From a virus: 64,000 nucleotides of DNA. Below the pieces are notes generated by a model that did no database searches, had not been told where the DNA came from, and worked only from the letters and a program-made list of their open reading frames with translations. The stretch is from the IMG/VR virus record IMGVR_UViG_3300038809_000036. One strand, given 5' to 3'. The position numbers were made by a program, and so were the translations under genes. Position 1 is the first letter of the stretch. Every line of letters begins with the position of its first letter. Below are positions 36,486-45,460 of this stretch, piece after piece.

Positions 36486-36748
36486 AGCCAGCCCTCCTGA
36501 TCCAGGGCGTCGGCAGCGCACAGTGCACGCTTCTCGACCGCCTCGGCGTTGTCGCCATAGTCGCAATCGCCGCACCGGCTGCAGACGTAGACGGGCACGC
36601 TGCAACAGCCGCCCTCACAGCCGCAGTTCCGGCCACCGGCATGCTGCATGTCGCAGCCGACCTCGCGGCACGTGGCGGTGGCCGCGATGCGCTCCAGTCG
36701 AGCGACCTCGGCGCGCGCGTCTGCCAGGGCCTCGCTGAGCGCGTTCAT
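36482..36748 (-). CDS. Cys-rich putative Zn-binding protein
   Basis: Nine Cys in CREVGC...CGCEGGCC...CSRCGDC. Confidence 0.6.
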   Translation of the reverse strand: MNALSEALADARAEVARLERIAATATCREVGCDMQHAGGRNCGCEGGCCSVPVYVCSRCGDCDYGDNAEAVEKRALCAADALDQEGWL

Positions 36749-36993
36749 GCGGCACCTGCCTGGGCGGCCGAGGCCACCTTCACGCTGACGACGTAGTCCC
36801 AGTTCTCGGCGATGATCTTCTTGAGGTCAGACGGCAACGAGTCGGCGAAGGTATCCGCCGCTGGCCGATCATCCGAGGCGAACGCGATGGCGCTGGCCAG
36901 GGCGTCGCACATGGCGCCGATCACGTCCTCGACCGGATGGCCGGCGGCGACCATCATCAGGTCCTGCATCAGCTTGGTTCGGTTCGCGCTCAT
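36745..36993 (-). CDS. Hypothetical protein (82 aa)
   Basis: ATGA-coupled on both sides. Confidence 0.55.
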   Translation of the reverse strand: MSANRTKLMQDLMMVAAGHPVEDVIGAMCDALASAIAFASDDRPAADTFADSLPSDLKKIIAENWDYVVSVKVASAAQAGAA

Positions 36994-37577
36994 GCCGCCC
37001 CCGCGATGTCGAGCGCGTCGTGGGACCGTTCGGCAGCGCCCAGGGAACTCGCGTTCCAGACGTGGTAGCCGGGCCGATCCTCCTTCAGCGCCCGCCGGAT
37101 CCAGTAGATCAGCGCCTCGCGCGACATCCGGCAGGTGATGGGGAACTCGGGCAGCGGGTACGCCCCGAACCGGAGAGACACCCCGACCCGGCCCCCGCCC
37201 TGCTTGGCCCAGGCTTGCGTGAACGCTTCGCCGGTCCGCTTCGTCGCCGTGTAGTAATTGTGATAGCTGAGGTCGTTCTCTTCCGGCGCCGCCGCGAGCG
37301 AGCTTGCGTAGATCAGCCGGCGCACGCCGCACTCGTCGCAGATGCGGATCACATTCAACAGCATGGCGATTGCGTCGCCGGATGCGCCTAGGTCTGCATG
37401 AATTGAGCCGGCGAGATGCAGGATCGTGCAGTCTTCCCTATGGTTGGTGATCAATTTCAGCAAATCTGTTGATGTCCTCAGGTCCTCACTCTTTAGATCG
37501 TGCCCGCGGAAAGAAATGTAGGGCCGCAGAACACTGCCAATTCTGCCGGACGCTCCGGTGACGATCAGATCGCTCAT
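36990..37577 (-). CDS. NAD(P)-dependent epimerase/dehydratase (extended SDR)
   Basis: IVTGASGRIG, HLAG, YASS, YTATK (YxxxK); lower GC. Confidence 0.8.
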   Translation of the reverse strand: MSDLIVTGASGRIGSVLRPYISFRGHDLKSEDLRTSTDLLKLITNHREDCTILHLAGSIHADLGASGDAIAMLLNVIRICDECGVRRLIYASSLAAAPEENDLSYHNYYTATKRTGEAFTQAWAKQGGGRVGVSLRFGAYPLPEFPITCRMSREALIYWIRRALKEDRPGYHVWNASSLGAAERSHDALDIAGAA

Positions 37578-38023
37578 CTCTCAACTCTACTTTCAAGGGG
37601 ATTGGGCGCGGTGTGCGCGATGTCGTGCGCGTCGGAGGGGGCGAGCGGCGGTACGAAGAAGCCGAGCGCGCCCCTGCATGGCTGAAAGGGCAGCGGACGC
37701 GCGTCCCGCATCAGGATGCCCCAGCGCCCGACGAACCACGGGCTGGCGGACTGCGCCACGCATCCTGCGATCGTAGCCTCGCCGATAATGCCGCCGGTCT
37801 CGAACACCTCCGGCAGGTCGAGCCGTAACGGCTCGCCCGTCACCGGATGCCGGCCGGTGAGCAGATCCTGCATCGCGTCTCGGTCGACCTTCTTGCCGGC
37901 GTGGATGAGGACCCGGCCGCGGCGGTGGCACCGCCAATCCCGGTTCTCGATGTCCTTGTGGCCGTTGACGATCAGCCAAGCCCACGGCTGCATGATGGAA
38001 AGAGCTTTCATCGGTTCGGCCAT
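37574..38023 (-). CDS. ASCH domain protein
   Basis: ALSIMQPWAWLIVNGHKDIENRDW motif. Confidence 0.88.
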   Translation of the reverse strand: MAEPMKALSIMQPWAWLIVNGHKDIENRDWRCHRRGRVLIHAGKKVDRDAMQDLLTGRHPVTGEPLRLDLPEVFETGGIIGEATIAGCVAQSASPWFVGRWGILMRDARPLPFQPCRGALGFFVPPLAPSDAHDIAHTAPNPLESRVER

Positions 38024-38025
38024 GA

Positions 38026-38319
38026 TCAGGCGCTCCCCTTCTTGCCGCCCCAGTATTCGGTCGGCATCTCGAGCCGCCGGTCGATCGCGCGCTTCAGGGC
38101 GTCGGCTGCGAGCTCGTCGCCGTAGTTCGCCCGCCAGAGATCCACGGCGGTCACGACCATGACGTGCGCGGCGACATCGGCCTGGAATCCCTCGGCGAAG
38201 GGCTTCTCCAGCAGATCCATGATCCCGCGGGCGAACTCGGTGACGTGCCGGCCCGAGACGTTCGCCATGCCCTCGGGCGGGACGTGCCCGGCGGCTGCGC
38301 GGCGCTTCTGCTCGCCCAT
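38026..38319 (-). CDS. Hypothetical protein starting MGEQKRR
   Basis: 97 aa in the leftward operon. Confidence 0.55.
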   Translation of the reverse strand: MGEQKRRAAAGHVPPEGMANVSGRHVTEFARGIMDLLEKPFAEGFQADVAAHVMVVTAVDLWRANYGDELAADALKRAIDRRLEMPTEYWGGKKGSA

Positions 38320-38321
38320 CG

Positions 38322-38648
38322 TCAGACCCCCACCTTCTCGGTGGTCCCATCCCAGACAAACTCGCCGTCGTCGCCGACCGGGAAGTGCGCGCGGCAGCCA
38401 GCGCAGAAAGTGCCCGAGTAGAAGAGCGGGTCGCGGGCATAGGTCTCGGCGAGCGCCTGGCCCATCGTAGTCAGGGTCCCGCACGTCTCGTGGACGTAGG
38501 ATCGGCGCACAGGTCGCACGAAGCCCTTGGCGCGCTCCTCGGCGCTCAAGACGACGTAGCCCTTCTGCATGCCGGTTTGCGGGTTGATCTCGCGATGGTC
38601 GTCCGTGACTGGCGAGCCGTCGGTGAGGGTGGTGGCGGGACCGCTCAT
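38322..38648 (-). CDS. Zn-binding phage hypothetical protein
   Basis: HETCG...FCAGC. Confidence 0.65.
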   Translation of the reverse strand: MSGPATTLTDGSPVTDDHREINPQTGMQKGYVVLSAEERAKGFVRPVRRSYVHETCGTLTTMGQALAETYARDPLFYSGTFCAGCRAHFPVGDDGEFVWDGTTEKVGV

Positions 38649-38872
38649 CGCTGCTTCTCCTGAACCGTGAAGGTGAAGGTGCGCGCGTCGGGATCGACCG
38701 ACATCGCGAGGTTGAAGGCGCCCGTGCTGTCCACCTCATCGACCGGGATCGTGAGGGAGCCGCCGAGGCGGTTGACGAAGGCGATGAGCAACTGGCTCTT
38801 CATCGCCTCGACCATCTGCTGGTGTGGGTAGGACAGGTCGGCAATGCTCGACCGGCGCTTCTGCTCACCCAT
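38645..38872 (-). CDS. Hypothetical protein starting MGEQKRR
   Basis: 75 aa, coupled. Confidence 0.55.
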   Translation of the reverse strand: MGEQKRRSSIADLSYPHQQMVEAMKSQLLIAFVNRLGGSLTIPVDEVDSTGAFNLAMSVDPDARTFTFTVQEKQR

Positions 38873-39815
38873 GACGCACCTCCGGGAAACCGTTGTGCTC
38901 GACGCCGTCGAGGAGCCGGCCGGCGGCCTTCTTGCCGACGCGCGAGACGAATGCGGCTCCGGCCTCGGGATAGAGCTCGTCGCGCCGCGCTCTACCGTCC
39001 GTGTGGGCTCGATACGCACGCCACCCGTTGGGGAAGCCGGTGGGGCTCCAAGCATCGTCGGCGATCCATTCGCCGTTCTGCTTATGGTGGTAGGGCACGC
39101 CCGCAGCGGCACAGGCATCGCGGATCTTGCGGAACCAAGCCGGGTGCGTCGACCGGGCCCGGTGCGCCCCCTGATCGGTCTCCCCACCCGTGATCACCCA
39201 GTCGATCCGCTCGATGTCGGATGCCTTCAGGGCATCGCGCACGACTTCCCAACCGTCGGACGTCCCGTAGCTGATCCGGGTGAAATCGATCGGCCCAAGC
39301 AGGGGCTCTGCCGAAACGAAGCTGAAGGCCGGGCGCAAGTCTCGGGCGGCGTCGAGCAGGTGCCGAACATTCCGGTTCGCGACCTCCTGGTTCTCGCACG
39401 TGGCACCGAGCGCAGCGTTTTCCGGCAGGCCGCCGGCAGCTTCCGCCATCGCCACTGCGTTCTGCGGGCGCTTCGACAGCAGCAGGTGCAGAAGGTGCGG
39501 CGTCTCCCGCATCACGGCGAACCACTCGCGCCGGATGCCCGGGTCGGCGGCGTTGTCCCAAGGGTCGCACAGCGACGGGAACACGCTGATCACGCGGCCC
39601 GCTGCCTTCGCCTCCCGGTCCCATTTCGCGAGGTTGCGCCAGTAGGACTCGCTGGTCCGCTTGCGCTCGCCGTGCGGGCCCCACTCGACCCGGCCGAGGC
39701 GGGTGTCCATCAGGTGCGCGGCGTAGCAGCCATCGCACGCGGGGCTGACCTTGGTGCAGCCGATCCAGGGCGACCAAGTCCGGTCGCACCAAGAGATGCC
39801 GGTTTCATCACCCAT
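38865..39815 (-). CDS. DUF5131 (Gp37/Gp68) radical-SAM-like protein
   Basis: ISWCDRTWSPWIGCTKVSPACDGCYA (Cx6Cx2C); SAEPLLG, WVITGGE. Confidence 0.88.
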   Translation of the reverse strand: MGDETGISWCDRTWSPWIGCTKVSPACDGCYAAHLMDTRLGRVEWGPHGERKRTSESYWRNLAKWDREAKAAGRVISVFPSLCDPWDNAADPGIRREWFAVMRETPHLLHLLLSKRPQNAVAMAEAAGGLPENAALGATCENQEVANRNVRHLLDAARDLRPAFSFVSAEPLLGPIDFTRISYGTSDGWEVVRDALKASDIERIDWVITGGETDQGAHRARSTHPAWFRKIRDACAAAGVPYHHKQNGEWIADDAWSPTGFPNGWRAYRAHTDGRARRDELYPEAGAAFVSRVGKKAAGRLLDGVEHNGFPEVRHG

Positions 39816-39868
39816 GGCTCACAGGTCTCCCTTGATCGGTTCGGGCGCGGGGATTGGGTGGGGAGGGG

Positions 39869-40660
39869 TCATGCGGCGGCACTCGGATCCGCGAACAGCG
39901 GACCGTGATCGGGCGGCGCGAGGGCATTTCGGATCCGGCGCTCGGCTATCGCGCAGTACGCCGGGTCTTTCTCAATCCCGACGAAGCGGCGACCCGTGTT
40001 CATGCACGCGACGCCAGTGGACCCAGAGCCCATGGTCGCGTCGAGAACCGTTGCGCCATCATCCGAGTAGGTTCGAAGCAGGTACTCAAGCCAAGAAGTC
40101 GGTTTTTGGTTGGGGTGCGACTTGTCCGGGTCGTCGTTGTTGACGATGTCGAAGCGCTGAACGGAACGCGGATATCGAAGTGTCGAGCCGCCGTATTCGG
40201 TGGATTTGAACGCGCCGTACACGCGCTGCTCTGCGTCCTTGCGAGTAGCCTTATTCCCAGGCCTATGGCCCTCGGTCATCTGCGGCCGGTAGAACGAAGC
40301 GTCGCCGAACACTAAGACGCTCTCGTGCGCCTGCATTGGACGCCGCTTAGCGTTCAGGTGCCCGCTGGCCTTGTTCTTCTCCCAAATCCACTCGTGCCGA
40401 AATGCGCGTGGGTTGCTCATGACCAGCGCGGACGTGAAGGGCTGAGCGGCGAACAGAACAATGGCGCCCTTGCAGAGCCGGTTGAACTGCTCCCAGAGAG
40501 GGGCGAACGGGATCACTGCATCCCAAGGGCTCTGCGTCGTGCCGTAGGGCAGATCGCACAGCACCATGTCGATGCCGCCAGCCTCAAGCGCGGGCATGAC
40601 TTCGAGGCAGTCGCCCAGCCATAGGCTGGCGCTGTTGGTCTGATAGATCGGCCCACTCAT
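39869..40660 (-). CDS. Orphan DNA amino-methyltransferase (N6A/N4C, beta class)
   Basis: DLPYG motif IV precedes HPNQKP and DATMGSGSTG motif I. Confidence 0.9.
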   Translation of the reverse strand: MSGPIYQTNSASLWLGDCLEVMPALEAGGIDMVLCDLPYGTTQSPWDAVIPFAPLWEQFNRLCKGAIVLFAAQPFTSALVMSNPRAFRHEWIWEKNKASGHLNAKRRPMQAHESVLVFGDASFYRPQMTEGHRPGNKATRKDAEQRVYGAFKSTEYGGSTLRYPRSVQRFDIVNNDDPDKSHPNQKPTSWLEYLLRTYSDDGATVLDATMGSGSTGVACMNTGRRFVGIEKDPAYCAIAERRIRNALAPPDHGPLFADPSAAA

Positions 40661-40911
40661 CTCGCCCGCCCCCTATCCGCTGAAGACGGAGTGGAGCGGG
40701 AAGCTTCAGCGAGGATCGTCTGGCGTCGGTCGCCACACAGCCGGCAATTGAGGGTGATGTCGGTCCGGGTTATCGTGATGGCGCCGCAGCAGCGGTGGGC
40801 CTCGCCCTTCCGCGCGCAGTGGGAGCGGATCAGCGTGTCGCGGATGCTCCGGTAGATCTCGGCCTCAGAGCGCGGGGCGGGCTCGGGCATCTCGCAGCAG
40901 TTCGGCTTCAT
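40657..40911 (-). CDS. Hypothetical Cys-containing protein
   Basis: 84 aa, coupled. Confidence 0.5.
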   Translation of the reverse strand: MKPNCCEMPEPAPRSEAEIYRSIRDTLIRSHCARKGEAHRCCGAITITRTDITLNCRLCGDRRQTILAEASRSTPSSADRGRAR

Positions 40912-41252
40912 GCCACCACCTCATCACCGCTCGCCGGAAGCGGCTTCGGGCCACGCGCCCGAAGCCGGACGCACAGGCTCCAGCCGCGGCGCAGCGGGAC
41001 GAGTTCATCACGGCACAGAAGCGCGTGGACCGTGTGGATCGGGAGACTGCGGCCGGCGCATTCGGCGCGATAGGCAGTCGGCTCGTCGCTGAGCTGGGGC
41101 CGAGCCATCCGCCACCGGCCATGGGAGTCGGGGCGGCGCTGGGTCTTACGCACGGCGATCCGGCACACGCCCGCCTCGCGGATGACTGCGAGCACCGCCT
41201 GCATCTTTGAGGTCAGCTCTTTGTGCGGAATCCTCGTCGACCGATCAGACAT
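40908..41252 (-). CDS. Hypothetical basic protein
   Basis: MSDRSTRIPHKELT...; coupled. Confidence 0.45.
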   Translation of the reverse strand: MSDRSTRIPHKELTSKMQAVLAVIREAGVCRIAVRKTQRRPDSHGRWRMARPQLSDEPTAYRAECAGRSLPIHTVHALLCRDELVPLRRGWSLCVRLRARGPKPLPASGDEVVA

Positions 41253-41511
41253 CGAGCCACCCCGCAACATCCGGATCGACAGGCAGGCCCATGGCCCGGT
41301 TGAGCGAAGCCTCGATCACGAGATCGGCCATGCTCGGTTCGGGGTCGCGGCCCTGACGCCGCGCGCGGCGCTCAGCCTCGCGGGCGAAGACCGGATGCTC
41401 CGGCACGCATGCCCGGGCCGCCTTCAGCCCGTGCTTCGCCTTCACGTGCGAGAACAGCGCCTCGGTGTCGGCGAGCGTGCGGGTGCAGTGGGGGCAGCGG
41501 AGCGCGCTCAT
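41245..41511 (-). CDS. C2H2 zinc-finger protein
   Basis: CPHC-x12-H-x4-H. Confidence 0.7.
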   Translation of the reverse strand: MSALRCPHCTRTLADTEALFSHVKAKHGLKAARACVPEHPVFAREAERRARRQGRDPEPSMADLVIEASLNRAMGLPVDPDVAGWLDV

Positions 41512-41891
41512 ATCCGCGCCTCCACCACCGGCAGCCCGGCGGCGCGCGCCTTGCGCACCATGTCGGCCGTGCCCGCGCCGGCTGGGTACAAGGCGATCAC
41601 GACGTCTGGCCGGCCTTCCGCCAGCATCTGCGTGTTCCGCAGGGGTCCCGCCTGCCGGCCGTAGCGGTCCCAGTCAGCCGGGAAGCACGACTGCGGGATC
41701 TCGCTGGAGCGCGCCCAGGCGGCTGCTCCGGAATCCGCGCCCGTTGCGCCGCCTTGGATCACATGCTCAATCCGGACATGCTGGGCGCGCCCGAGCGCGT
41801 CGGCGCATTCCTCGGTCGCGTGCGCCTCGAGCCAGTTCCACACCAGCTCCGGGTCGAGGTCGCGGCCTCCGCAGATGAGCACGCGCATCAC
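41508..41891 (-). CDS. SLOG superfamily (DUF2493/YspA-like) protein
   Basis: RVLICGGRD...IQGGATGAD...AGPLRNTQM...GT.DMV. Confidence 0.85.
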   Translation of the reverse strand: MMRVLICGGRDLDPELVWNWLEAHATEECADALGRAQHVRIEHVIQGGATGADSGAAAWARSSEIPQSCFPADWDRYGRQAGPLRNTQMLAEGRPDVVIALYPAGAGTADMVRKARAAGLPVVEARI

Positions 41892-42046
41892 GCCACCTCG
41901 CTCGCGTGGCCGGTCGCGGCGTCGGTGAACACGAAGGCCGCAGCATCCGCGCCGTCGATCGCGAGCGACGTCAGGGTCCAGGCGAGGAGCCCGATCAGGC
42001 TGGCGCTGCCGAAGCCGATGAAGAATCCGAGGACGAACGCCATCAC
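41888..42046 (-). CDS. 52-aa membrane peptide (not in ORF track)
   Basis: MAFVLGFFIGFGSASLIGLLAW; GTGA overlaps at both ends. Confidence 0.6.
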   Translation of the reverse strand: MMAFVLGFFIGFGSASLIGLLAWTLTSLAIDGADAAAFVFTDAATGHASEVA

Positions 42047-42360
42047 GCGGCCTCGCTGGTCCGGCCGCCGACAGCCCGGATCGCCTTGTCCAGGGTGTCG
42101 AAGGCGATCTCGGTGGGGATGGCGACCATGCCGCCGTGCCGGGTCATGTCGCTGTGCAGGTCGCGCGCGGCGGCCCGGGCGGCGATCAGCAGTTGCTCGT
42201 CGGCAGGCTTGTGACCCGCCTCCGCCAGTTCGATCTCCCGCTGTGCCGTCCGAAGCGCCTCCAGGGTCTCGTCGACCACCAGCCCGCCGGCGGCCATGTC
42301 GACCTTGAAGAAGCGGTTGAGGCGGTGCGCCGCCGTGAGCAGGGTCTCGGCGCTCATCAC
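42043..42360 (-). CDS. Hypothetical protein
   Basis: 105 aa, coupled. Confidence 0.55.
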   Translation of the reverse strand: MMSAETLLTAAHRLNRFFKVDMAAGGLVVDETLEALRTAQREIELAEAGHKPADEQLLIAARAAARDLHSDMTRHGGMVAIPTEIAFDTLDKAIRAVGGRTSEAA

Positions 42361-42791
42361 GCAGCCCCCCGCTCAGGATCCCAGCGCGCCTGGTCGGCCG
42401 CCACGATGGCGTCGAACCGCGCGCAGCTCTCCGGCGACATCCGCCAGCCCCGGCCCCAGACAGTCTCGATCGTGATCTGCGCCTGCGCGTGCCGGAGCTT
42501 CTGCCGGACCTTGCAGATCAGGACGTCGAGGATCTTCTGGTTGGGGGCGTCATCCAACATGCCGTAGAGCACGATCATGCCGCGCTCGTGGTGCAGGACG
42601 TTCGGCCCGACCGCACGGATGGCACGGAGCAGGCACTCCTCGCTCGTGCTGAGCCGCCAAGCCCGCGGCAGCACCACGGTCGGCGCCAGCGCCTCCTCGA
42701 GCTGGCGCACGTGCTCGCGCAGGGTGTCCCGCTCCTCCAGGAGGGCGATGACCTGCTCGCGGGTGAGGTGGTGGGCGCAGTCGGCCATCAC
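42357..42791 (-). CDS. CtrA-like winged-helix DNA-binding protein without receiver domain
   Basis: PNQKILDVLICKVRQKL...IETVWGRGW resembles CtrA PELKIIDVFICKLRKKL...IETVWGRGY. Confidence 0.8.
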   Translation of the reverse strand: MMADCAHHLTREQVIALLEERDTLREHVRQLEEALAPTVVLPRAWRLSTSEECLLRAIRAVGPNVLHHERGMIVLYGMLDDAPNQKILDVLICKVRQKLRHAQAQITIETVWGRGWRMSPESCARFDAIVAADQARWDPERGAA

Positions 42792-43441
42792 GCGGTCTCC
42801 TCGTTGGCGGGGGTGAAGCCGGGGAAGTCATCATCAGGGGCGACGCTTTCGCGCCGACGCTCGTCGGCCTCGTCGAGAAGCCGGTCGATGTCGTCCTGGA
42901 GGTCGGCCAACTGCTCGACCTGGGTGGGCTTCAGGCGGGCGACCCACTCATCGTAGGCATCCTGCCCGGCCCGGGCCTTCTCGCGCGCCACGTCCGCCAA
43001 GGTGCGCAGAGGCGTCTGCTGCTGATCCGCCTCGCGCTTAGGGGCCTGCTCGGCCGGCAGCGGCTTCACCGTGTACGGCTTGCGCTGCGCCCGGGTGGCG
43101 GTGAGCGCCATGGTAACGGGCTTGGTGATGTCCGACACGTGGCTGATGCGGATGCCACCCACGGCCATCCCGCCGAACGCCACCGTGTCGTCGCGGTAGA
43201 GCGTCATCCGGCGGCCGGCGTAGGCGTGCCCATCCGGGCCCCAGACGTTGACCAGCACGCGCCGCATCGACTTGCAGGGCTTGTACGGCTTGCCGCCATC
43301 GCCCTCGAAGTTGATCGCCACGGGCTGCTCCCCGTCGGCCTTCGAGACCTTGGAGATCCTGATCGTCATGGTCCGGCCGATCAGATCGTCAGCATTCAGC
43401 TGGTCGCTTTTTGGGGCGATGGTCTGCGAGAGGTCGGTCAC
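42788..43441 (-). CDS. Recombination-module protein (putative annealing partner of the exonuclease)
   Basis: DLSQTIAPKSDQLNADDL...KSMRRVL...W; GTG start coupled to the exonuclease. Confidence 0.6.
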   Translation of the reverse strand: MTDLSQTIAPKSDQLNADDLIGRTMTIRISKVSKADGEQPVAINFEGDGGKPYKPCKSMRRVLVNVWGPDGHAYAGRRMTLYRDDTVAFGGMAVGGIRISHVSDITKPVTMALTATRAQRKPYTVKPLPAEQAPKREADQQQTPLRTLADVAREKARAGQDAYDEWVARLKPTQVEQLADLQDDIDRLLDEADERRRESVAPDDDFPGFTPANEETA

Positions 43442-44169
43442 AGCTGGATCTCCAGGGCGCGCCGCTTGGTCTGGATCGAGCCGGCCTTGGCGGTGGCGTT
43501 GCGGTAGCGGGTCAGGGCCTCGCCCAGCCTCGCCTCGAAATCCCCGGCGGCGGACACGATCGCGTCCTGAATCACCGGGTCGGGGAAGGTGCGGATCACG
43601 GCGAGCGGCAGACCGCCGGAATACGAGACGAAGTCGCACCAGGAGCGTTCGGCCACGAGGAGGCCGGTCTGGATCTGGATCGCGAAGTCGGCCGGGATCG
43701 TGCCATCGGCCACGTGGACGACGAAGGTCTCGATCTGGAACTTCTGCCGGCGCGACTTGACCTCGACCAGACCATCCTCCCCGACGAGCCCGTCCGGCGA
43801 GTAGCCGAGCGTGAAGCCCCACCGGTCGTTGGTGATGAAGCCGACACGCTCGGTGGTCGCGAAGTGCTCGTCGTACAGGGCGAGGGCCTCGACCTCGTCG
43901 TCCTGCCCGCGCAGCATGTCGTCGCTGATGTAGTGGGGCTCGACGTAGCGGCTGATCCGCTGGGCAAGGAGCTCGTAGAGGTGCGCGCGCTCCTTCTCGT
44001 TGCGCGCAGCCTTCAGGGTCGGCGTGACGATCAGCTTCATCTCGCTCGCGGTAAGCAGGCCGCACCGCAGCCCGAGCCATTCGTCAGAGCCTTGGAAGAC
44101 GTCCGCGTGCATGCGCACCGTGGACTGGCGCTCGATGGTGTCGGGAGCGAGCAGGGCCATGGCGCTCAC
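43438..44169 (-). CDS. YqaJ/lambda-exonuclease family nuclease
   Basis: QGSDEWLGLRCG.LTASE, YSPDGL...VEVK, QIQTGL. Confidence 0.9.
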   Translation of the reverse strand: MSAMALLAPDTIERQSTVRMHADVFQGSDEWLGLRCGLLTASEMKLIVTPTLKAARNEKERAHLYELLAQRISRYVEPHYISDDMLRGQDDEVEALALYDEHFATTERVGFITNDRWGFTLGYSPDGLVGEDGLVEVKSRRQKFQIETFVVHVADGTIPADFAIQIQTGLLVAERSWCDFVSYSGGLPLAVIRTFPDPVIQDAIVSAAGDFEARLGEALTRYRNATAKAGSIQTKRRALEIQL

Positions 44170-45455
44170 TCCGCAGCCTGCGCGACCTGGACGGCGCCCT
44201 TTACAGAGCCATCCTCGATCACGATGGCGACGCCGCCCGAGACGCCAACCCGCTCGATCCAGACCTGATAGTCGGCAGCCTGGGCCATCTCGGCGAGGAT
44301 CCGCATGGCCTCCTCGTCGAGCAGCGAGCCGTCCTGCACGCGAATGACGCGCAGCTTCGGGTTGGCCGCCATAGCGATCGCCACCGACGTGCGGAGCTGC
44401 TCGGCACTCGACGCCTGGTCGAACGGCACGCCGCCCAGCAGGATCTCGTCCTCGCCGAACCCAAGTCCCGGAACCGGCAGGTCGGCCTTGGCGATCGCGT
44501 CGCGCTTAGCTGCGGTGCGCTCCTCCATGGCCTTCGTGAGGGCGGCCGACCGCGCCTCCACCTCGGCGGCCTGCGCTTCGATCCGGGCCCGCTCCTCGCG
44601 CCGGGCGATCGCGGCGTTGGCACGGCTGGCGTCGGCGATGCGCTCACGCAGGGCGGCGGTGTCGATCGGCGTCGGCAAGGTCTCCGCGTTGGCGAGCTGC
44701 CCGCGCTTCTGGTCGGCAGAGCCCTCCGCGTCGCGCAAGCGGTCGGTCAGCACCGCGATCTCGCCGCGGATCCGCTCGGCCTCCGCGTCCAGCCGCTTCA
44801 CCTCGGCGGCGGCAGCCTCACGGTTGGCCCGGCGCCGCTCAATGAGCGCATTCTGCTCACCTGCCTGCTCCATCTCGGCGACGAGCGCGGCATCGTCGAT
44901 CCGCTCGGCCGGCGCATCCGCGGGGACCACGATGCCGGAGGCTTGGGCGCGAAGGGCCTTCGACTGCCGGTTCACGTCGGTGCGGCGGTCGAAATCCGCC
45001 TTGTTCGCCTTCTCGATCGCGGCGAAGTCGACGCCCGGGACGAAGCGCTTCAGCGCCTCCATCTGCGCCTTGCCGTCCATGCGGGTGAAGGCGAGCGGGT
45101 CGAACGACAGGGCGCCGAGCAGCCCGTCGAGCATCCGCTGCGGGGACGGATACCGCGCGCCATCGGTGCTCTCGACGGCGATCGACGTGGTGAAGGTCTG
45201 GTCCTCCCGCTTCCGGAAGGTGCGCACGACCTTGATCTCGCCGAGGTCGAGGCGGATGCGCGCCTCGTTCTCGCCCTTGCGGATCGGGACCGCCTGGATG
45301 TGCGTGGTGCCGGCGAGCGCCCACCAGATCGCGTCGAGGACGGAGCTTTTGCCCTGCCCGTTCCGCCCGGTGATCTCGACGATGTGGCCCTCGGGCGAGA
45401 TCTCGACGGCCTTGAGCCGCTTCACGTTCTCGGCCTGCAACTGGACGATCTTCAT
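44166..45455 (-). CDS. SMC/SbcC-like AAA ATPase
   Basis: MKIVQLQAENVKR, GRNGQGKSS Walker A, coiled coil, SSAEQ, QDGSLLD. Confidence 0.85.
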   Translation of the reverse strand: MKIVQLQAENVKRLKAVEISPEGHIVEITGRNGQGKSSVLDAIWWALAGTTHIQAVPIRKGENEARIRLDLGEIKVVRTFRKREDQTFTTSIAVESTDGARYPSPQRMLDGLLGALSFDPLAFTRMDGKAQMEALKRFVPGVDFAAIEKANKADFDRRTDVNRQSKALRAQASGIVVPADAPAERIDDAALVAEMEQAGEQNALIERRRANREAAAAEVKRLDAEAERIRGEIAVLTDRLRDAEGSADQKRGQLANAETLPTPIDTAALRERIADASRANAAIARREERARIEAQAAEVEARSAALTKAMEERTAAKRDAIAKADLPVPGLGFGEDEILLGGVPFDQASSAEQLRTSVAIAMAANPKLRVIRVQDGSLLDEEAMRILAEMAQAADYQVWIERVGVSGGVAIVIEDGSVKGAVQVAQAAE

Positions 45456-45460
45456 GGTGC

